Source: Endomicrobiia bacterium
GTDB taxonomy: Bacteria; Elusimicrobiota; Endomicrobiia; Endomicrobiales; Endomicrobiaceae
NCBI GenBank assembly: GCA_009776745.1
Contig: WRNH01000009.1
Location: 1 to 40,581, forward strand
DNA length: 40,581 bases
Reading direction: 5' to 3'
In this document: in pieces, positions 34,389 through 40,581 of the stretch
Layout of the letters: each line of letters begins with the position of its first letter
Position numbering within the stretch: position 1 is the first letter of the stretch
Translations under genes and position numbers: made by a program
The notes under the pieces: generated by a model
What the model saw: the letters and a program-made list of their open reading frames with translations, nothing else
The model's database searches: none
Told to the model about the DNA's origin: nothing

Positions 34389-36473
34389 TTATTGTCTTGC
34401 AGCTTTCATGCTGAGATTTACTCTGCCCTGCTTGTCAATTTCAACAACTTTGACCGTAACTTCGTCGCCTTCTTTAACGACATCTTCGACTTTTTTGGTA
34501 TGTCCGTCGGAAAGCTGGGATATGTGTATCAATCCCTCTTTTCCCGGAAGAACTTCTGCAAACGCGCCGAAAGCCATTATTTTGACTATTCTTCCTTTGT
34601 ATATTTTTCCGACTTCAACTTCTGCGGTTATCGCCTCAACCATCTCTTTCGCTCTTTGAACGCCTTCGGCATCCGTTCCGGAAATAGCCACTTTTCCTGT
34701 ATCTTCTATGTCAATTTTAACGTTCGTATCTTCCTGGATTTTCTTTATATTTTTTCCTCCGGGACCGATAAGTTCGCCTATTTTCTTGACTGGTATCATT
34801 AAACTTACCATCTGAGGCGCAAAACTTGATATATCCGGATTAGGAGCCGATACGGCGGCATCCATTTTATCCAATATAAACATTCTTCCGCGTTTTGCCT
34901 GGTCTAATGCCTGCGCCAGGATTTCGGTCGTAAGTCCTGTAACCTTTATATCCATCTGAAGCGCGGTAATTCCTTTTCTGGTACCCGCAACTTTAAAATC
35001 CATATCTCCCAGATGATCTTCCATTCCCATAATATCAGTCAAAACAACATAATTGTCGCCTTCTTTCATAAGCCCCATAGCCACGCCCGCGCAGCTTGAT
35101 TTTACGGGAACGCCGGCATTAAACAATGCAAGCGAACCGCCGCAAACCGAAGCCATTGAAGAAGAACCGTTTGATTCCAAAATATCGGATACTATTCTTA
35201 TTGTATATCCGAACTCTTCTTCGCTTGGAAGAATAGGCCTTAACGCCCTTTTTGCCAAAGCGCCGTGACCGATCTCTCTTCTGCTTGTAGATCTTTCGCC
35301 CTTCGGTTCTCCGGTCGCAAAACCCGGAAAATTATAATGAAGCATAAAACGCTCTTTATATTCGCCGGCAAGTTCGTCCATGATCTGCATATCGCCGGGA
35401 GTTCCGAGCGTTACGGTAGCCAAAGCCTGCGTCTGGCCTCTTGTAAACAAACTTGACCCGTGAACTCTTGGAAGAATATCCGTTTCACACGTTATCGGTC
35501 TTATATCTTCAACGCCTCTTCCGTCGCTGCGTACTTTTTTGTTTAAAACAAGCTCTCTTGCTTTTCTGTAAAAAATATCTTCAAGAATCATATCAGCCGC
35601 CGCGGCCGTTTCTTCGGGATATTTTTCAAGCATTCTTGCTGTTATGTCTTTTTTAAATGCCGCCCAGAACATATCTCTTTCGCTTTTTTCTTTTATGGTG
35701 ACGCCTTCTTCGGCTTTTGCAATCGCTTCGGCTTCAATATCTGATTTTAAAGACGGATTGGTCTGAGGTTCCTCAACCTGCATTTTTTCTTTCCGAGGCA
35801 ATTCTTTTTGGAAGGCGCAAATAGATTTAATAGTTTCTCTGGCGAGATTTAAAGCGTCAAGCATTTCCGGCTCTGAAAGTTCCAAAGCGCCGGCTTCAAC
35901 CATAGTCAAAGCGTCTTCGGTTCCGCTCACGACCAAATCCAAATCGCTTTCTTTTTGTTCCGTTCTTGTCGGATTTATTACAAACTGCCCGTTTACTCTT
36001 CCAATTCTTACCGAAGCAATGGGATGGTAAAAAGGCAAGTCGGATATAGTCAAAGCGACCGACGCTCCCAATATAGCCGCTATGTCGGCGTCATTTTCTC
36101 CGTCGTGTGAAAGCACAATTGACGCAATCTGCGTATCATTTCTCCAATGTTCCGGAAAAAGCGGCCTTATGCTTCTGTCTATAAGCCTGCTTACAAGGAT
36201 TTCGCTGTCTCTTGGTTTTGCTTCTCTTTTGAAAAAACCGCCTGGAATTCTTCCGGCGGCAAAAGTCCTCTCCCTGTAATCAACTGTCAACGGCATAAAA
36301 TCAATGCCGGGCTTCGGTTCTCTTGAGCCTACGGCATTAACCAAAACCGTAGTATCGCCTGACCTTACCAAACAGGAACCGTTCGCCTGCTTTGCCATTT
36401 TACCAGACTCAATAATAAACTTCTTTCCTGCAACTTCTACTTCTTTTTTAAAATACTCCACTTTACGCTCCAT
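34389..36473 (-). CDS. pnp: Polyribonucleotide nucleotidyltransferase (PNPase: two RNase PH domains, KH and S1)
   Basis: Full collinear PNPase architecture including the KH (GPGGKNIKKI) and C-terminal S1 domains. The ATG at 36471-36473 (MERKVEYF) is used. The ORF-track start at 36503 is ATT. Confidence 0.95.
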   Translation of the reverse strand: MERKVEYFKKEVEVAGKKFIIESGKMAKQANGSCLVRSGDTTVLVNAVGSREPKPGIDFMPLTVDYRERTFAAGRIPGGFFKREAKPRDSEILVSRLIDRSIRPLFPEHWRNDTQIASIVLSHDGENDADIAAILGASVALTISDLPFYHPIASVRIGRVNGQFVINPTRTEQKESDLDLVVSGTEDALTMVEAGALELSEPEMLDALNLARETIKSICAFQKELPRKEKMQVEEPQTNPSLKSDIEAEAIAKAEEGVTIKEKSERDMFWAAFKKDITARMLEKYPEETAAAADMILEDIFYRKARELVLNKKVRSDGRGVEDIRPITCETDILPRVHGSSLFTRGQTQALATVTLGTPGDMQIMDELAGEYKERFMLHYNFPGFATGEPKGERSTSRREIGHGALAKRALRPILPSEEEFGYTIRIVSDILESNGSSSMASVCGGSLALFNAGVPVKSSCAGVAMGLMKEGDNYVVLTDIMGMEDHLGDMDFKVAGTRKGITALQMDIKVTGLTTEILAQALDQAKRGRMFILDKMDAAVSAPNPDISSFAPQMVSLMIPVKKIGELIGPGGKNIKKIQEDTNVKIDIEDTGKVAISGTDAEGVQRAKEMVEAITAEVEVGKIYKGRIVKIMAFGAFAEVLPGKEGLIHISQLSDGHTKKVEDVVKEGDEVTVKVVEIDKQGRVNLSMKAARQ

Positions 36474-36503
36474 TGCCCGGTATATTCCGCGCAAAAGATC
36501 CAA

Positions 36504-36631
36504 GAAAACGCTAAAACGGCAATTGACAATTGGCAGTCAACAATGAATAATTGAAATTTTTCATTCTTAATTCTGCCGTTATCGGCGTTTTTTTGCATCC
36601 TTTGAGCTGCCGGGACTTTTTTTATTTTGTC
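36504..36631 (-). promoter_or_regulatory. rpsO-pnp intergenic leader with long imperfect stem-loops (GGCAG ... CTGCC enclosing AATGAA ... TTCATT), a candidate RNase III/PNPase autoregulatory structure
   Basis: Read directly. By analogy to the conserved rpsO-pnp arrangement, where the pnp leader hairpin is cleaved by RNase III. Confidence 0.4.
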
Positions 36632-36892
36632 TTATTTTCTAAGATCAAGTTTTTTAATTAAAGATAAATATCCTTCTTTGTTATGCTTTTTGATATAATC
36701 CAAAAGCCTTCTTCTCTGCCCGATCATTTTCAAAAATCCGACTCTTGACGCAAAATCTTTCGGATATTTTTGGAAATGGTCGGAAAGATACTTAATTCGT
36801 GACGTAAGAAGCGCAACCTGAACCTCGGGCGAACCCGTATCCGTTGCATGAGTTTTGTACTGTTCCACAACCGCTTTCTTTTCAAATGCCAT
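36632..36892 (-). CDS. rpsO: 30S ribosomal protein S15
   Basis: 87 aa from the ATG at 36890-36892 (MAFEKKAVVEQYKTHATDTGSPEVQVALLT..RI..L..H...KDF.SR.GLL..IG.RRRLL.Y) with an AGGAG SD. The ORF-track upstream extension is spurious. Confidence 0.9.
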   Translation of the reverse strand: MAFEKKAVVEQYKTHATDTGSPEVQVALLTSRIKYLSDHFQKYPKDFASRVGFLKMIGQRRRLLDYIKKHNKEGYLSLIKKLDLRK

Positions 36893-37037
36893 CTTTGCCG
36901 CTCCTTGCTCTATCTTATAAATTTTTATACCGCAATATTTTAATTTTATCAAATTTTCTTTCAAATGTAAACAAACATGTCTGTGGAAATTAACCGACAT
37001 ATAAGAAAGTTTGTTGCTGTTTTTAAGGCAGGTAAAT

Positions 37038-37082
37038 AAAAACCGGATACTTTAAATTATATTTTTAAAATATCCGGTTTTT
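37038..37082. terminator. Bidirectional rho-independent terminator AAAAACCGGATA-(21 nt loop)-TATCCGGTTTTT
   Basis: Perfect 11-bp stem flanked by an A-run and a T-run. It lies about 75 nt downstream of the stop of the large membrane-protein gene, upstream of rpsO. Confidence 0.75.
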
Positions 37083-37154
37083 ATTATGGGACTTTCAATC
37101 CAGAGCGTGTTCGGCATCTTATACATTTTCCAAAAGCTTTTTGCGTACCGCTTA

Positions 37155-40100
37155 TTATGCCGCCTGCAGCATGCTTCTCACTGTGGAAGCCGATATTTTT
37201 GTTCCGTTTTTAACATTATTGATCATTTTGGCAACCGCAAAACCGGACATTGAATCATTCACAAGAGTAAACGCTCTCTTGGCTTCGTCCATCTTTTCCG
37301 GCGAGACGCTTAACGGATCTGAAAGTATTTCATTTATCAGGCTTCCTGCTTCCGCCAATAATTCCGAGATTTTTCTTTCTTCGCCGCTCATCGCCAGCTT
37401 CTGCACGGAAAGAAGTTCGCTTATTGTTGCGGAGTCCAGCTTTTGTCCGTTAACGGCCATGTAAAGCATCAGCGATCTTATGGTTTTTCTGTCGCTTACG
37501 TTTACATTGTCAAGGTAATAACCTATATCTACTCCTTTCATGCCCGCATACTCTTTCTCAAGATATTTTTCAACGGCCGCCCTTATATAAGCTTTCGCGG
37601 AAGCGTAACTCTCCTCCGTGCCGGTTTCCTCCATATCCGCCGCATATTTATACGCAACGCTGTCTTCCCTTATCCCTGCAGCTTTCAAAGCTTCCGTCAT
37701 TCCTTTAAAATTTATGCCTTTATCGGGCTTTTGAGTCATAAAATCTCTAAGCAGTCCGATATTATTTAAGTCGAGGCCATTAAGGATATATTCAGACTCA
37801 TACTTATATTTATACACATCGTCGGCGCCTGCGGCAACCGTCTTAAACGCTCTGTCATATGTGGTTTTATATCTGCCGGCGGAACTCTTCACTCTTGATT
37901 TGTCTTTTGAAACTCCCGTCGTATCTCTCATAAACGCCGTAACAACTCTGCCTTGCACCGAAACCAGCTCGTCTCCGTTGTCCATTCCCGCCATTTCAAC
38001 GGCAATATTGCTGAACCTTCCAACGGCTCTTTCAACGTCGACCGCAGTGCTTTCGCCTTCGACCGTTACGACTGCCGTTATCGAACTGCCGGCAATAGAA
38101 GCTTCAAATTCAGATATCATGGAAGCGTTTTTTGCGGAATTATTTCTGTCAAAAATTATATAATTCTGAGCGTCTATCCCATACCTGTCGGAAATTTGTT
38201 TTACCGCGTCTATTACCTTGGCCGCGTTCTCCGAAGAGAGTCCCGTAACGTCCGCGTAAATCCCTTTGAACCCGATGAGATACGCTTTACGTATTAAATC
38301 CGCATTCACACTTCCGTCGTTATTAATGAGATCGGACAGTTTTAAATCGGCAATTTTTTTCACATTGTTTCCGGTATTGAGAATATTCCTTATTCTGACG
38401 ACGCTGCTTAATTCTTTTCCGGAAGATTCCGCGCTTCTTTCTATTATTTGGCTGTACAAAACTTCTATCGCGGTTTTTATATCGGCATTTACTACTCTCA
38501 ACAGAGAAATATTCTTTGATTGTTCATTATCCGTATATTTAGCCGTCGAACTTGCATCCGTAAATCTCGGAGAGCGCTCGGTATCTACGATACCTCCGTA
38601 TTCATTGCCCGGCATCTGCCAGTTTTTGCCTCTTTCCTTTCTGGCAGAGATCTCGGCCAAAAGCTCTCCCGTTTTCTCTCTTATCAAACCGTCTTTATCA
38701 AAATACTGCGCTATTTTACCGTCTCTGAGTTCAAAAATTCCGGAATCGCTTATATCTTCGACCGTAATTCCGTTATCCTGAAGAAGCTTATTATCTAAAG
38801 AAACACCCTTGTAAACTATCATTCCGGCTCCGCTTACGCCTAAATTCCTTTGCAGCTTCTGCACGTTTCCGTTAATATCCGCCGCAAAATGTTTGGCCGA
38901 CAAGATATAGGCCTGATTGTACATTTCCTCTCTCATCGACTCAGGCACTTCGGAATCAAGCTGCGCATTGTTTAATACAACGCATTTTATCACGGGATTT
39001 AATCTGAAAACCTCCACATTTCCTTCCATGCTTCTAGGAACATAATGCTCAACCGTCACATAATACACAGTTCCGTTGTATATTACTGGAACGGATGTGT
39101 TCGGCTTGATTCTGTCATAATCATTAGGAAGAGAATCTCTCTCGGATCTTTGCATTATCACCGATTTTATTCCGATATCTTCTTTCATCATAGACAAAAC
39201 CTGCGTTCTTGTCTCAAGGGAAATACTATAATTTTCTACAAAAAACTGTATGCCGGAAGCTATTGAGTTCTGTTTGCTGCCGGATATAATATTGTCATTG
39301 ATCCATTTCTCTATAGCTTTTCCTAGAGTTATAGTTGACAAAACAAGCTCTACAAACTGTTTAAAATCTACGGAAGACTCTTCCGCAGATTCAGTGCCTG
39401 TTTCTATGACTGACGGCAATACTTCTGCTTCTAAGCCGCCTTCATAGGCAGCGGCGGCAACGGCCTCATAAGCCTCAATATCGGCTCTTAATCCGGCAAC
39501 GATATCGTTTCCGAACGCCTGCTGAAGCGCGGCATATGTCTCGTTTAATTCAGATCCTTCGCTTATTTTGTCAAATTTCGATACGTTAAGATTAGCAAGC
39601 GCAAGCTTATCATTGACAGCCTGTATTGCGGCCGCCTGCTGAAAGTAAAGGCTTGCAAATTCGTTTAATTTTTCTTTTTTAGTACCGGTGGCTTCCGTAT
39701 CGGCAGCCAATATTTTTTCCAGAATATTAAAAAGCTGATCGGCTTTCGGTTTTGTATAAGAAGCAAGCAGCAATTCCATGTATTCATTTTTCTTGTCTCC
39801 GGTCTGCTTTACGGCTTTATTGAGCGCTATTATTTCGTTTCTCATATCAGATATCTTCTTTTTGTTGTCTTTAATTATATTTTTCTGTTCATTGTAGCCT
39901 CTGAATATAAAATATCCAAAAAAAACCAACGGCAAGGCAAAAGCAGTAATAGCGACGAACATAATAGGATTAACACCGAATATAACATTCCCCATCCCGT
40001 TTTGGACTTTCGCGATATAAGCTCCCAGCATTTTGCCGTATTTGCTGGCATAAGGATAAGCAATACCAAACGTTACAAGAACAATCAGCGTCGGAATAGG

Positions 40101-40581
40101 AGCAATAAAAGCAAGTACGGCGGCACCTATTCCAACTGCCATTAACCCGAGAGATTTCAAGAAATCTTTATTATTTTTAGCAGTCTGTTTCTGCACTTTT
40201 TCTACAAATCTGTTCAATTCGTCTTCGCCGATTTTATTTACAAGCTCGCTCATTTTGATTTTTCTATCTTCTTTCTCTGCGGCTTTTTTCAAGTCCAGAA
40301 CCATTTGCGCCAAACCTTTTGCCGGATTTTTATAATCGTTCAATGCAACTTTAAACAATCCTTCGTTGAACGGCACGTCCATTTCAAAATTTTCAAGATT
40401 TAAAACGGAAGCATATTGCTCAATATCTATAGTGGCAAGCGTCTTCGTAAAACTGGTTACCGGGAAACCATGCTTTTTGAGAACAGCGGCATTCCCTTTG
40501 TAAGGGTCTGTCATTCCAAGCCTTGTTCCGAAAAAAAGTATCATAGCGCCTACCGCAAATAACAGAACGGCGGCTGAAGTT
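37155..40581 (-). CDS. Large (>1140 aa) multi-pass membrane protein of unknown family. The 5' end is truncated by the window edge.
   Basis: The reading frame stays open to the window edge (the rc of 40545-40580 reads TSAAVLLFAVGA, continuing a TM helix). At least 4 TM helices lie in the N-terminal roughly 230 aa. A roughly 900-aa C-terminal region follows, with a coiled-coil-like A/E-rich stretch and no motifs I can assign. The terminator lies downstream. Confidence 0.5.
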   Translation of the reverse strand, partial: TSAAVLLFAVGAMILFFGTRLGMTDPYKGNAAVLKKHGFPVTSFTKTLATIDIEQYASVLNLENFEMDVPFNEGLFKVALNDYKNPAKGLAQMVLDLKKAAEKEDRKIKMSELVNKIGEDELNRFVEKVQKQTAKNNKDFLKSLGLMAVGIGAAVLAFIAPIPTLIVLVTFGIAYPYASKYGKMLGAYIAKVQNGMGNVIFGVNPIMFVAITAFALPLVFFGYFIFRGYNEQKNIIKDNKKKISDMRNEIIALNKAVKQTGDKKNEYMELLLASYTKPKADQLFNILEKILAADTEATGTKKEKLNEFASLYFQQAAAIQAVNDKLALANLNVSKFDKISEGSELNETYAALQQAFGNDIVAGLRADIEAYEAVAAAAYEGGLEAEVLPSVIETGTESAEESSVDFKQFVELVLSTITLGKAIEKWINDNIISGSKQNSIASGIQFFVENYSISLETRTQVLSMMKEDIGIKSVIMQRSERDSLPNDYDRIKPNTSVPVIYNGTVYYVTVEHYVPRSMEGNVEVFRLNPVIKCVVLNNAQLDSEVPESMREEMYNQAYILSAKHFAADINGNVQKLQRNLGVSGAGMIVYKGVSLDNKLLQDNGITVEDISDSGIFELRDGKIAQYFDKDGLIREKTGELLAEISARKERGKNWQMPGNEYGGIVDTERSPRFTDASSTAKYTDNEQSKNISLLRVVNADIKTAIEVLYSQIIERSAESSGKELSSVVRIRNILNTGNNVKKIADLKLSDLINNDGSVNADLIRKAYLIGFKGIYADVTGLSSENAAKVIDAVKQISDRYGIDAQNYIIFDRNNSAKNASMISEFEASIAGSSITAVVTVEGESTAVDVERAVGRFSNIAVEMAGMDNGDELVSVQGRVVTAFMRDTTGVSKDKSRVKSSAGRYKTTYDRAFKTVAAGADDVYKYKYESEYILNGLDLNNIGLLRDFMTQKPDKGINFKGMTEALKAAGIREDSVAYKYAADMEETGTEESYASAKAYIRAAVEKYLEKEYAGMKGVDIGYYLDNVNVSDRKTIRSLMLYMAVNGQKLDSATISELLSVQKLAMSGEERKISELLAEAGSLINEILSDPLSVSPEKMDEAKRAFTLVNDSMSGFAVAKMINNVKNGTKISASTVRSMLQAA

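Noticed and set aside
36575-36597. Plus-strand GCCGTTATCGGC followed by T7, resembling an intrinsic terminator
   Set aside because: There is no plus-strand gene upstream. The stem is only 4 bp, and it lies in the rpsO-pnp leader on the opposite strand. It was treated as part of the leader structure instead.

Overview
This is an AT-rich (~40% GC) chromosomal segment from a diderm (Gram-negative-type) bacterium. Almost all genes are co-directional on the minus strand and tightly packed, and most are housekeeping: cell-envelope genes (rfbB, lptD, kpsF/kdsD, lolA, pgsA, pgpA), an atypical partial his operon (hisD-small ORF-hisB-hisA-hisF-flotillin-hisI-trpF), accD-folC, a division/segregation block (ftsK-lolA-rodZ plus xerD), accB, pnp-rpsO, a divergent lexA/ogg pair, birA and nadC. 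I found no rRNA, tRNA or CRISPR array by eye. The ORF track uses table-11 alternative starts, so several listed ORF starts are TTG, GTG or ATT; I re-derived ATG or SD-supported starts where the sequence allowed. The observations worth a second look are (1) an ~85-bp structured element present in two 95%-identical copies about 50 nt upstream of two envelope-sugar genes (rfbB and kpsF), (2) a MITE-like family with TCTCTCTAAAAACC inverted termini (two full copies and one solo terminus), one copy of which supplies the stop codon of an MBL-fold hydrolase gene, (3) a small soluble protein between ftsK and lolA that combines a RodZ-like N-terminal HTH domain with an FtsK-gamma-like C-terminal domain, (4) a >1100-aa multi-pass membrane protein with no recognisable family that runs off the window edge, (5) a secreted GH81 endo-beta-1,3-glucanase carrying a T9SS C-terminal sorting domain, and (6) a lexA/ogg intergenic region with overlapping face-to-face promoters and two candidate operator palindromes. 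Several intergenic regions also carry oddly patterned short repeats and nested hairpins.
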